Below are positions 29,789-39,026 of a DNA stretch of 64,000 bases, one piece after another. The translations under genes and the position numbers were made by a program. Each line of letters starts with the position of its first letter. Within the stretch, counting starts at the first letter, position 1. The DNA comes from Terriglobia bacterium (GTDB lineage: Bacteria; Acidobacteriota; Terriglobia; Terriglobales; Acidobacteriaceae). The DNA is taken from contig CAWBGY010000005.1 in NCBI GenBank assembly GCA_963788505.1, positions 447,565-511,564 on the forward strand, in the 5' to 3' direction. Below the pieces are notes generated by a model, which searched no databases, was not told the origin of the DNA, and was given only the letters and a program-made list of their open reading frames with translations.

Positions 29789-29834
29789 CGGTTAAGGAGC
29801 TGGGCGGGAGGGGCGAGCTAGCCGTGTTTCGGGA

Positions 29835-30065
29835 TTACTGGTTTTCTTCATCCCGCTTACCGCTGTAGTGAACTGCCATGCCGGCCCCCAGGACCATGAA
29901 GGCGATTGGGGGGACCAGCAATACCAGGACTCCATTGCTGAGCGCCCTCTGGCCTTCTTTCGTGGCACCTTTCGCGCTGCTGTAGCACATGGCGCAGCCC
30001 TGGCTGAAGGCGGGCGCAGCCCAGAGCAACAGGAACACCGCGAGCGTGCAGAGACGCAGTTTCAT
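29835..30065 (-). CDS. Small secreted/membrane-anchored CxxC protein, last gene of the cytochrome oxidase operon
   Basis: ATG 30065 in ATGA overlap with the subunit IV stop. MKLRLCTLAVFLLLWAAPAFSQ signal, then GCAMCY, then C-terminal TM LVLLVPPIAFMVLGAGMAV. Confidence 0.55.
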   Translation of the reverse strand: MKLRLCTLAVFLLLWAAPAFSQGCAMCYSSAKGATKEGQRALSNGVLVLLVPPIAFMVLGAGMAVHYSGKRDEENQ

Positions 30066-30406
30066 TTCGTTCCCACTCCCAGGTACAGAATCCGAAAGGC
30101 ATCCGGCAAAAAGACCAGCATCATGGCCAGGCAAAATACCAGTGAACTCATGGTAATCCACTTCATGGCCGAGATCTCAAACTTCAGGTGCATAAAGTAG
30201 CCGATGATGAGTCCAGCCTTTATGAGCGACAGTCCCATCAGGATCGACAGCATCCGGATAGGCTCCATGTTCTGATAGGCGAGATAGACCTCGATGCCGG
30301 TCATTACCAGCAAAGCCGCCCAGACCCACAAAAATTGCGCTTTGGGATGATGCCGGTGCTTTTCGGCCACCCGCTGTTCCAAGGCTAACTGGGTTGCGTC
30401 CATCAT
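30062..30406 (-). CDS. Cytochrome c oxidase subunit IV (bacterial caa3/aa3 small subunit family)
   Basis: 114 aa, 3 TM. LIKAGLIIGYFMHLKFE motif characteristic of prokaryotic subunit IV proteins. Confidence 0.7.
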   Translation of the reverse strand: MMDATQLALEQRVAEKHRHHPKAQFLWVWAALLVMTGIEVYLAYQNMEPIRMLSILMGLSLIKAGLIIGYFMHLKFEISAMKWITMSSLVFCLAMMLVFLPDAFRILYLGVGTK

Positions 30407-30449
30407 TTGAAGTAGAGCTCCTCAAAAGTTTTGGGCCAAGAGTTTTGCG

Positions 30450-31244
30450 TTAAACAATCCTTGTCGACATCAGGTAAACCAGCGGAAAAATAAACATCCA
30501 GACCAGGTCAACAAAGTGCCAGTAGAGCCCGGCGACTTCGACGTCCGAGGCGTCGTATACCTTGGGCTTCAACCAGAGAATGATCGAAATGACGACCGCC
30601 GCCACCAGCAGCACGTGGGCGCCGTAGTGGAACGGGCTATAGGCGGGCGTGCCCAGCCATGCCAGCAGCCACAATCCCAGCAGAATAGGGATAAACCATT
30701 TTCGCAGCGCAATGACTCCCAGGTAGACCACGCCCAGGGTAACGTGCAACATGTGCATTCCGGTCAAACCGAAGAACGTGGCGGCAAATTGCGGCACAGT
30801 TTTAGTGACGTTCACAAACTCGGGATTCCCGGGTGCACCTGGTGGCACGGGAAAGACCGGTAAGCTCAAACCTTCGGCGATCAAGTTGGTCCACTCGCGG
30901 CCGTGAAGCACGACGAATCCCAGGCCGCACGCCATGGTGGCAAACAACCAGAGACGCTGAGCCTTGGCGTTCCCCTGAACCGCGGAGCGCACCGCAAATA
31001 CCATGGTCAGCGAACTGGTGAGCAGGAACGCGGTCATCATCGTCGCATTCCGGATGCTTTCAGAATGAAAAGGTGTGGGCCAGTTCGGTGTGGAAATGCG
31101 GCCGTAGGTATAGGCGTACAACAGGGCTCCGAATGTCAGCGAGTCGGAGAGCAGGAACAGCCACATCCCGATCTTCTTGGAATAGGTGCCGAACAGGGAA
31201 GGTTCGTAAACGCCTGGCCCCTGCTGCACTGCAACATCAGACAT
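30450..31244 (-). CDS. Cytochrome c oxidase subunit III family protein
   Basis: 264 aa. GLTGMHMLHVTLGV and YWHFVDLVWMFIFPLVYL motifs. Confidence 0.85.
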   Translation of the reverse strand: MSDVAVQQGPGVYEPSLFGTYSKKIGMWLFLLSDSLTFGALLYAYTYGRISTPNWPTPFHSESIRNATMMTAFLLTSSLTMVFAVRSAVQGNAKAQRLWLFATMACGLGFVVLHGREWTNLIAEGLSLPVFPVPPGAPGNPEFVNVTKTVPQFAATFFGLTGMHMLHVTLGVVYLGVIALRKWFIPILLGLWLLAWLGTPAYSPFHYGAHVLLVAAVVISIILWLKPKVYDASDVEVAGLYWHFVDLVWMFIFPLVYLMSTRIV

Positions 31245-31310
31245 GGGTTGATCTCCCGGTACTAGTTATGGCAAACCAGTTGGAGCATTGCTTCCGCACA
31301 TTCCCAACAC

Positions 31311-31499
31311 TGTCGTCCCGACCGAAGCGCGGCGAAGCCAAGCGCAGTGGAGGGACCTGTTTTTTCAGCCATCTCAACCGCGCTAGCTTTCCGCGTATAG
31401 CCGATACACCCAAATCCTGAATGCTGACGACCGCGCCACCGCAAGCAACCGCAGGTCCCTCCACTACGCCGGCTGCGCTGCGCTTCGGTCGGGATGACA
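31311..31499. repeat. Family R2-related palindromic element, copy C (variant termini), inside the oxidase operon
   Basis: TGTCGTCCCGACCGAAGCGcggcgaagccaagcgcaGTGGAGGGACCTG ... CAGGTCCCTCCACtacgccggctgcgctgCGCTTCGGTCGGGATGACA. About 50-nt terminal inverted repeats. Confidence 0.8.
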
Positions 31500-31524
31500 A
31501 ATTCATTGCTGACCGCTGAACTTG

Positions 31525-32286
31525 CTAACGCACAAATTCCAACAAGGCAAAGATGTAAAGCCAGACCGCCGCCATGAAGTGCCAGTACCAGGCGGTGACG
31601 TCGACCACGATGCGCCGATCTTCCACCGGCTTATGGAGCAGCGCCGTTGCCCCGGCGTAAAGCAGCACCAGCAAACCGCCGGCAAGGTGAATGGCGTGCG
31701 CGGCAGTGAGCAAGTAAACCATGGAACTGCTCGGACTGGTGGCAAGGTAAAACCCGCGATTGCCCAGCTCACGCCAAGCCATCCATTGTCCTGTCAGGAA
31801 GGCCAAACCCAGGGCAATGGTAGCGGCGAGCCAGGGAAGGTTCCGTTCCCGCCCGATAGAAACTCCGGGAATGGACTGTACCGGGGCCAACGCTGCCTGG
31901 CGGGTAATCTGGCGTCGGGCCAGCTCCACCGTGACGCTGCTGAGCAGCAGCAGAAAAGTATTGACCAGGAGTAACGTCGTGGGCAGGTTGACCTTCAGCC
32001 AGTCGCTGACATAGGCGCCCGTGCGGTCATCCAGCGAGGGCAGTCCCCGGCGGATGATGTAAACGCTGGTGAACGAAACGAACAGCATGGTGCTGGCCAC
32101 CAGGCCGACGATCAGCCCCAGGCGGGTTCGGCGCAAGCGCCCGCCATAGTCGGAGAAGTCATTTCCACCGCGATCACCGCCACCGCCGCCGGGCAGAGGA
32201 GGACTCGCGCCACCTCTTCCGCGGTCTGTCTTGGGATCCTTGACCACCGGATCCGTGATCGTGACTGTTGAACTGAAGGTTGCCAT
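31525..32286 (-). CDS. Cytochrome c oxidase subunit III family protein (second copy)
   Basis: 253 aa. LTAAHAIHLAGGLLVL and TAWYWHFMAAVWLYIFALL motifs. Gly-rich N-terminal tail. Confidence 0.8.
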   Translation of the reverse strand: MATFSSTVTITDPVVKDPKTDRGRGGASPPLPGGGGGDRGGNDFSDYGGRLRRTRLGLIVGLVASTMLFVSFTSVYIIRRGLPSLDDRTGAYVSDWLKVNLPTTLLLVNTFLLLLSSVTVELARRQITRQAALAPVQSIPGVSIGRERNLPWLAATIALGLAFLTGQWMAWRELGNRGFYLATSPSSSMVYLLTAAHAIHLAGGLLVLLYAGATALLHKPVEDRRIVVDVTAWYWHFMAAVWLYIFALLEFVR

Positions 32287-32328
32287 ATCTGGAACGTGCG
32301 GCGCGGGCGCCCTCGCCCGCGAGCTTTT

Positions 32329-34098
32329 CTAATGTGACGCCACCGTCGCCGGATCGTTCTGCATTACATAATCCTTCGGCGCCCCGGGGACACTGTACTC
32401 ATAAGGTCCGTGATAGACGACTGGAGTGTGCCCGCCAAAGTTGTCGTGCGGAGGCGGCGTGGTGGTCGTCCATTCCAGCGTGGTCGCTTCCCACGGATTG
32501 TCGCTCGCTTTCGGCCCCTTGAACATGCTCCAGAACAGATTGATCACAAAAATAAACTGGGCGGAGATGGTGATGATCGCCGCATAAGTGATGAACCGGT
32601 TCAGTGGAATCAAATGCTGCAGGTAAGCCAGTTCGGTAAACTGCGAATAGCGCCGGGGCTGTCCCGCCATGCCCAGATAATGCATGGGCATGAAGATGGC
32701 ATAGGTTCCTGCCAGCGTAATGAAGAAGTGCACCCGTCCCCAGGTTTCGTTCATCATGCGGCCGAACATCTTGGGGAACCAGTAGTAGGTTGCGGCAAAC
32801 ATGCCGAAAATCGCAGCCACACCCATGATCAGGTGGAAGTGGCCAACCACAAAGGCGGTGTCATGCAGAGGAATATCGAGCACCGGCTGCGCCAGGAACG
32901 GACCGCTGAGTCCGCCGGAAACGAACAGGGAAACGAATCCGATGGCGTAAAGCATGGGAGTCTGAAAACGCACGCGTCCACCATGAATGGTGCCCAGCCA
33001 GTTAAAGGTCTTGATCGCCGAGGGTACGCCGATGGCCATGGTCATGATGGAAAAGGCAAAGGCCGAATAAGGGCTCATGCCGCTCATGAACATGTGATGG
33101 CCCCAGACCATGAAGCCGAGAAAGCCGATACTCATGATGGCGTACACCATCGCCTTGTAGCCAAAGATCGGCTTGCGCGAGAACGTGGACAACAGCTGTG
33201 AAGCCACGCCCATGCCGGGCAGGATGGCGATGTACACCTCGGGATGTCCAAAGAACCAGAACAGGTGTTGCCAGAGCAGCGGCGAGCCGCCCTTGTGTCC
33301 CATGATCTGGCCGTTCACCACCACCAGCGGAACATAGAAGCTGGTACCCAAATTCCGGTCCAGCAGCAGCAGGATGCCAGCCGAAAGCAGCACGCCAAAC
33401 GCCAGCAGCCCCAGAATCGCAGTGACGAACCAGGCCCAAACGGTCAGGGGCATGCGCATCATGGTCATGCCCTTGGCGCGCAGGTCAAGCGTGGTGGTGA
33501 TGAAATTCAGCGCGCCCATCAGCGAGGCGACGCAAAAGATGGCGATACTGGTAATCCACAAATCCGCGCCCAGTTGCTCACCCGGCCCGGCGCTGGGCAG
33601 CGCGCTCAGTGGGGCATAGCCCGTCCAGCCGTGAAGGGGGGCGCCGCCGGTAACAAAGAAGGCAGCGAGAATTACTACGAACGCGATGAACGTGGTCCAG
33701 AATGAAAGCATGTTCAGGACCGGAAACGCCATGTCCGGCGCGCCAATCTGGATGGGCAGAAAGTAATTTCCGAATCCGCCCTGGGGTGCCGTGGTCAGCA
33801 CGAAAAACACCATGATGGTGCCGTGCATGGTCAGCAGCGAGAGGTAGGTTTCCGGCTTGATTTCGCCCAGCAACGGCAGATTGGCCGTCGGCCAAATCAT
33901 GTGGATGCGCATCAGCAGCGAAAGGAACATACCGACAAACACCGCCGTCAGCGCCAGAAAGTAGTACTGCAGCCCGATGACCTTGTGGTCCAGGCTGAAG
34001 ACGTACTTACGGATGAAGCTGGTCGGGGCCGCGTGGGCGTGAACCGCGTGTCCGTGCGAATCGTTTCCGTGAGGATCGTGAGCGTCCTGGGCTACCAT
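32329..34098 (-). CDS. ctaD: Cytochrome c oxidase subunit I (heme-copper oxidase)
   Basis: Intact 589 aa. GGFGNYFLP, WFFGHPEVYI, HHMF, FVVGHFHL motifs. Confidence 0.95.
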   Translation of the reverse strand: MVAQDAHDPHGNDSHGHAVHAHAAPTSFIRKYVFSLDHKVIGLQYYFLALTAVFVGMFLSLLMRIHMIWPTANLPLLGEIKPETYLSLLTMHGTIMVFFVLTTAPQGGFGNYFLPIQIGAPDMAFPVLNMLSFWTTFIAFVVILAAFFVTGGAPLHGWTGYAPLSALPSAGPGEQLGADLWITSIAIFCVASLMGALNFITTTLDLRAKGMTMMRMPLTVWAWFVTAILGLLAFGVLLSAGILLLLDRNLGTSFYVPLVVVNGQIMGHKGGSPLLWQHLFWFFGHPEVYIAILPGMGVASQLLSTFSRKPIFGYKAMVYAIMSIGFLGFMVWGHHMFMSGMSPYSAFAFSIMTMAIGVPSAIKTFNWLGTIHGGRVRFQTPMLYAIGFVSLFVSGGLSGPFLAQPVLDIPLHDTAFVVGHFHLIMGVAAIFGMFAATYYWFPKMFGRMMNETWGRVHFFITLAGTYAIFMPMHYLGMAGQPRRYSQFTELAYLQHLIPLNRFITYAAIITISAQFIFVINLFWSMFKGPKASDNPWEATTLEWTTTTPPPHDNFGGHTPVVYHGPYEYSVPGAPKDYVMQNDPATVASH

Positions 34099-34902
34099 TT
34101 ATTGTTTCTCCGCCTCCCGCGCCGCCAGCCACTTGTCGAAATCCTCCTGGCTGACAACTTTCAGCATGCCGTGCATTTTGTAATGGCCGAGCCCACAAAG
34201 CTCGGCGCAGGCGATTTCAAAGTTCCCGATTTCGGTGGGGGTGAAGTGCATGCGGATCTCGAGGCCGGGAACCGCGTCCTGCTTGAACCGCATGTTGGGA
34301 ACAAAGAAGCTGTGGATGACGTCCACCGCGCGCAACCGGAGGTCCACCTGGCGATCCACCGGCAAGTACATGGTGCCGGTCACCACGTCGTCTTTCGAGG
34401 CGGGATCGGATGGGTCCAGGCCGACCGCAGCTTCGTTGCCGGCGGAGGGATCCATCAACTTGGGGTTGGTGGCGCCAAACTTCCCGTCCGCTCCAGGGTA
34501 GCGGAAGTACCACGCAAACTGCATGCCGGTAACTTCCACCGGAACTGCACCCGGCCCCGCCGGCGCGAAACGCTCGCGGGCCCAAACATTACTTCCCATG
34601 AGGTTCAGTCCGATGAAAAGGACGGCTGTGAGCACGGTCCATATCACTTCGAGCTTGGCGTTGCCGTGGGAATACTCGACTTTCTTGGCGTCCTTCCGTT
34701 CGCGGTACTGCCACACGAACAGGCCCAGCGCTCCTTGCGCCGCCACAAAGACAATGCCCATCAATACGAGGGTCAGCTTGAACTGACCGTCGATGAAAGC
34801 GGCTGCGGTGGACGCCCCATGAGGCCACCAGGTGTTCGCCACGAAGAAGTAGGTACTAAAGAAGGTGATCAGCCAGATAATCGCGAGCAGAGCGAGGCCC
34901 AT
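34099..34902 (-). CDS. ctaC: Cytochrome c oxidase subunit II (CuA subunit, no fused cytochrome c domain)
   Basis: Two N-terminal TMs. CuA site VIHSFFVP...CAELCGLGHYKM. Its stop is adjacent to the subunit I start. Confidence 0.9.
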   Translation of the reverse strand: MGLALLAIIWLITFFSTYFFVANTWWPHGASTAAAFIDGQFKLTLVLMGIVFVAAQGALGLFVWQYRERKDAKKVEYSHGNAKLEVIWTVLTAVLFIGLNLMGSNVWARERFAPAGPGAVPVEVTGMQFAWYFRYPGADGKFGATNPKLMDPSAGNEAAVGLDPSDPASKDDVVTGTMYLPVDRQVDLRLRAVDVIHSFFVPNMRFKQDAVPGLEIRMHFTPTEIGNFEIACAELCGLGHYKMHGMLKVVSQEDFDKWLAAREAEKQ

Positions 34903-35098
34903 CTACCAGACCTCCTAAAGGTCGTGGAATTCGGACTAATGATTCTGGTGGATCAAAAATACATCTGCGGATCGCCGGAAGTCTATCACAGCTATACGTG
35001 CGGGGCGCAAGCCTCAGTGTCACCCGCTAACCACGGAGGACACGGAGGCCGCGGAGGGCCACCAGCGCGCCGGTGCGCCGGTATAAACTCTCTAGCCT

Positions 35099-35569
35099 AT
35101 GTCCAGGAAATCTCACGGTCGGGGCCACGATGTCGGGAAAACTCGATTGCCGAAGAACGAATGTTTTGCCTGCGGGCCGGACAACGCCGCCGGCATGCAA
35201 CTGAAATTTACCTTCGACAGGCAGCGCCGCATGTTCGTCTGCCGCTTACGGCTGGATCGGCGCTATACCGGACCTCCGGGACATTGCCACGGCGGCATCA
35301 TCGCCACCATTCTCGATGAGGCCATGGGCAAAGTGAACAAGCTGCGAGACGTCATCGCCCTGACTTCACAAATGAAGGTGGACTACCTGCGGCCCGTGCC
35401 GCTGAACAAACCCTTGCGCGTGGAGTCGCGCGAGGTAAGCGTGCGCGGGCGGAGGCACGTGAATATGGCAGAGATCCTCAACCAGAAGGGGGAAGTGCTG
35501 GCCCGCGGCCGGGGGCTGTTCATCGCCATCGATCCCGAACGCATGTTCGCGAAGTTCGTGAAAAAGTAA
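35099..35569 (+). CDS. PaaI/hotdog-fold thioesterase family protein
   Basis: NECFACGPDNAAGMQLKF...GHCHGGIIATILDEAMG motif pattern of PaaI-type thioesterases. Confidence 0.75.
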   Translation: MSRKSHGRGHDVGKTRLPKNECFACGPDNAAGMQLKFTFDRQRRMFVCRLRLDRRYTGPPGHCHGGIIATILDEAMGKVNKLRDVIALTSQMKVDYLRPVPLNKPLRVESREVSVRGRRHVNMAEILNQKGEVLARGRGLFIAIDPERMFAKFVKK

Positions 35570-35577
35570 ATCCGCAA

Positions 35578-35625
35578 ACTGTGGGCGCGGGCGTCCCGCC
35601 CGTGCGGCGGAGCAAAGCTCCGCAA
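35578..35625 (+). repeat. GC-rich double-hairpin element (family R3), copy b
   Basis: ACTGTGGGCGCGGGCG-tcc-CGCCCGTGC-GGCGGAGC-aa-AGCTCCGC-AAG, between convergent genes. Confidence 0.6.
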
Positions 35626-35667
35626 GATTTCGCGGAGCGCATCACTGATCCCCAAGCCATGTTCAAT

Positions 35668-37134
35668 CTAGGAGCTGTCGCGCCTGCAAGTCTCCAGCGC
35701 CCGCGCCAGCTGCTCAACTCCGCGACGCAATTCTCGCGCATCCACAGCGGCAAAACCGAGCAGCAGCCCCTGCCGGGTGAAGCGGCGGGAGGAGTAGCGG
35801 CTGAGCGGTATTACCTCCACCTTGCGCCGGGCCGCCTCTTCGGCAGCGACCTCGGCGGTGATGCCTGGCGCCAGCCAGCCCACGGTCTGCAGGCCGGCTT
35901 CGATGTCAGGGATTTCCAGCAGCCCTCCCAGCCGGGAGCGCGACGATTCCAGAAAAACCGACAGCCGTTCGGCGTACAGTTCGCGCATGCGTCGAATGTG
36001 CCGTGCGAAGTGCCCTTCCGTAATGAAGTCACAAAGTACGGCCTGGTCCAGCAGCGGAGCGTGGCGCATCCCCACCGATTGCGCCGCGGCAAACCGGTCA
36101 ACCATGTTGGGTGGCACCACCAGATAGGCAAGGCGCAGCGCGGGAAACAGGACTTCGTTAAACGTGCCGGCATAAATGACCACGCCCGCACGATCCAGCC
36201 CCTGAAGAGCCGGGATGGGCCGCCCCTGGTAGCGATATTCGCTGTCGTAATCGTCTTCGAAAAGCAGGGCGTGCGAACGTCGTGCCCACTCCAGCAAAGC
36301 CAGACGCCGGCGCAGGCTCATGGTGACGCCTAGCGGAAACTGATGCGCCGGAGTCACGTAGACCAACTTGGCATGTCCCGCGCGTCGTCGTCCTGATTCC
36401 AGGTCCAGGCCTTCGTCATCCACCCGAACTGGAAAAACTCGCGCGCCAACCGCGCGAAAAACAATGCCCGCACCCGGATAACCCGGCTCCTCGACCCATA
36501 CCGGGTCTCCCGGATCGATCAGCAGATGGGCAGCGCGTTCCAGCGCCTCCTGCACTCCGGAAATGATCAGCACCTGATCGGTGGAGCATTTCACTCCGCG
36601 CGAGGCGTTCAGGTAGGCGGCAACTGCCTGGCGCAGCGGACGGTATCCCAGCGCCTCTCCGCCGGACAACAATTGCGCCGACGCGCGACGCAAGCGGCGG
36701 GCGGCCACCTGGGCCCAGAGCGTGGTGGGAAAAACATCGAGCGCGGCCTGGTTGGCGCGGAAGGCCCGGGTCATACGCGGTCCGTCACCCCGGACCGACT
36801 GCAGACGACGGGCATAAGACGACCAACCGACACGCCGTGGACCAGCGGCCTTTCCCGCGCTGGTGCGGGCCACCTGCAGCAGATCGTCCGGCAGTACCTG
36901 GCTGACATAGGTCCCAGCTCCGACTCTGCCTTCCACGTAGCCCTCGGACTTCAGTTGCTCAAACGCGGTGACCACGGTCGCGCGCGCCAGTTTGTATTCG
37001 CGGGCCAAATCCCGGGTGGCCGGCAATCGGGCGCCGGGAGCAATCCGGCCTTCGAGGATGGCCGACCGCAGTTCGTCATAGAACCAGCGATACAAAGGCG
37101 TCCCCGCAAGCGGCGCGGAAAGACTCAAGGGCAT
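35668..37134 (-). CDS. pdxR: MocR-family (GntR wHTH + class I aminotransferase-like) regulator, PdxR-like by context
   Basis: N-terminal wHTH (LPATRDLAREYKLARATVVTAFEQLKSEGYV) and PLP-fold domain. Divergent from pdxS. ATG 37134 preferred (GTG 37155 possible). Confidence 0.8.
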   Translation of the reverse strand: MPLSLSAPLAGTPLYRWFYDELRSAILEGRIAPGARLPATRDLAREYKLARATVVTAFEQLKSEGYVEGRVGAGTYVSQVLPDDLLQVARTSAGKAAGPRRVGWSSYARRLQSVRGDGPRMTRAFRANQAALDVFPTTLWAQVAARRLRRASAQLLSGGEALGYRPLRQAVAAYLNASRGVKCSTDQVLIISGVQEALERAAHLLIDPGDPVWVEEPGYPGAGIVFRAVGARVFPVRVDDEGLDLESGRRRAGHAKLVYVTPAHQFPLGVTMSLRRRLALLEWARRSHALLFEDDYDSEYRYQGRPIPALQGLDRAGVVIYAGTFNEVLFPALRLAYLVVPPNMVDRFAAAQSVGMRHAPLLDQAVLCDFITEGHFARHIRRMRELYAERLSVFLESSRSRLGGLLEIPDIEAGLQTVGWLAPGITAEVAAEEAARRKVEVIPLSRYSSRRFTRQGLLLGFAAVDARELRRGVEQLARALETCRRDSS

Positions 37135-37156
37135 GGATGTGGCTTGTTTGGGCACA

Positions 37157-37263
37157 GTTGGTCGTTGGTCTTTGGTCGTTGGCCTTGGGCCCCTGGGTCG
37201 CCGGCCGGTGGCGGTGGGCCTTTGACTTTAGCCAACGACCAACGACCAAGGACCAACGACCAC
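37157..37263. repeat. Inverted arrays of a TGGTCGT-type heptamer forming a long hairpin in the pdxR-pdxS intergenic region
   Basis: gTTGGTCGTTGGTCTTTGGTCGTTGGCc - 46 nt - gCCAACGACCAACGACCAAGGACCAACGACCAc. The right arm has one extra heptamer. Confidence 0.75.
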
Positions 37264-37336
37264 CATTGGTATGCACAGAATAGCGTAAATGGACCTTATG
37301 ACAAGTCCAATCTGGAGGTAGTCTAAACTGAGAATT

Positions 37337-37384
37337 ACGTAGGGGCGGGTGTCCTCACCCGCCCGGCCGGGCAAAGCCCGGCAG
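37337..37384 (+). repeat. GC-rich double-hairpin element (family R3), copy c
   Basis: ACGTAGGGGCGGGTG-tcctc-ACCCGCCC-GGCCGGGC-aa-AGCCCGGC-AGG. Followed at 37430-37465 by a solo R2-like terminus (gtCCTGAGCGAAGTCGAAGGAg). Confidence 0.6.
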
Positions 37385-37496
37385 GTTTCTGGGCTGAACG
37401 ATTGACGCGGCGAGCTGCGCTCGCCCACCCGGGTCCTGAGCGAAGTCGAAGGAGGGCGTCCGGGCCCACGCGGGTCGAGGTAAAGAGGAGAAACTC

Positions 37497-38418
37497 ATGT
37501 CGCAGAATAATGGAAGTTCCACCAGCTTGCGCCTGAAAACCGGTCTGGCGGAAATGCTGAAGGGCGGCGTCATCATGGACGTCACCAACGCTGAACAAGC
37601 GGTGATCGCCGAACGTGCCGGCGCAGTTTCGGTAATGGCGCTGGAGAGGGTTCCGTCTCAGATTCGCGCCGAAGGCGGCGTGGCGCGCATGGCCTCGCCC
37701 AAAAAGATTCGCGAGATCATGGCCGCGGTTTCCATTCCAGTGATGGCCAAGTGCCGCATCGGGCACTTTGCGGAAGCGCAAATACTGCAGGAACTGGGCG
37801 TGGACTACATCGACGAATCCGAAGTCCTGACCCCGGCCGACGAAGCCCATCACGTGGACAAGCATGCCTTCACCGTCCCGTTCGTGTGCGGCGCGCGCAA
37901 TCTGGGCGAAGCGCTGCGCCGCATCGCCGAGGGCGCGGCCATGATCCGCACCAAGGGAGAGGCCGGCACCGGCGACGTCGTCCACGCCGTCAAGCACATG
38001 CGGCAGATTGTGCAGGAGATGAGGATTCTTACCGTCCTCGGCGAAGAAGAACTCTACGCCAAAGCGAAGGAGCATCAGGCGCCGTATGAACTGGTGCGCA
38101 TGGTGGCCAAGGCAGGGAAGCTGCCGGTGCCGAACTTCTCCGCGGGCGGAATTGCGACTCCGGCCGACGCAGCACTGGTGATGCAGCTGGGCGCGGAATC
38201 CGTGTTCGTCGGCTCCGGCATCTTCATGCAGGATTCGACCACCTTTGCCGATCCCGGAAGAAGCCGAGAAGCGGGCCAAGGCGATCGTGCTGGCCGCCAC
38301 GCACTTCAACGATCCTAAAGTATTACTTGAAGTCAGCGAAAACCTGACCGGGGCGATGAAGGGTCTGGCCGTGTCGGGTCTGGACGAAGCCCACATGCTG
38401 CAAACCCGGGGCTGGTGA
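37497..38418 (+). CDS. pdxS: Pyridoxal 5'-phosphate synthase, lyase subunit; frame broken once
   Basis: [49 protein letters not shown]...[15 protein letters not shown]. After GSGIF...FADP one extra base (38253-38257) shifts to ..[41 protein letters not shown] (stop 38416-38418). Confidence 0.9.
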
Positions 38419-38532
38419 TCAGTGGGCGGCGCGGACGCTCCGGTCCGCGCTATTCCCATGTCAGCCGATCCATCAACCCTCGGTTCTCGCTTTGCCGCAC
38501 CCGCGAGTGCGGCGCTTGATCCATTCCGCCGT

Positions 38533-38970
38533 TCAATCGAACCCGTTTGCTTCCGCAATCTCATGGATGGAGCTCTGCGCCGCGCGCAACGGCACCGATA
38601 CATGCACCACATTGTCAGGTTCGTTCACGTCCACCACGAGTGAGCCGCCGACCTTTGTTATGCGCACATGATCGGCCTCGTCGATTACCTCGACCAGGAC
38701 TCCGTCGGGACAGGCCTCGAGAGCGGGAACCGCGGAGTCAATGACAGGCAGGTACGGACGCAGCTGTTTTGATGCCTTAGCCAGATGGCGATCGGGTACA
38801 AATTCCAACGCGGCCGGTACCAGGGCGGCGGGAACGATCAGATTGACCCTGGTGCCCCCCGCCCGGTTCTCATGCACCTTGACGTGAATGAATCCCTCGC
38901 TGGAAAGCGCGGCAGCGCCGATCAGCGCGGTGCCCATCACGCCCACTCCAAGCTTGGCAAGAAAGATCAT
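38533..38970 (-). CDS. Membrane-anchored hypothetical protein, paralogue of 39027..39596
   Basis: N-terminal TM MIFLAKLGVGVMGTALIGAAAL, then FIHVKVHE..TRVNLIVPAALV...PDGVLVEVIDEADHVRITKVGGSLVVDV. Same pattern as the neighbouring ORF. Confidence 0.55.
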   Translation of the reverse strand: MIFLAKLGVGVMGTALIGAAALSSEGFIHVKVHENRAGGTRVNLIVPAALVPAALEFVPDRHLAKASKQLRPYLPVIDSAVPALEACPDGVLVEVIDEADHVRITKVGGSLVVDVNEPDNVVHVSVPLRAAQSSIHEIAEANGFD

Positions 38971-39026
38971 GGGAGTTTCCTCGTGTTTGTTTTCGTTTCT
39001 TTGTTCCCGTTTTTTGGACCGTTGGC

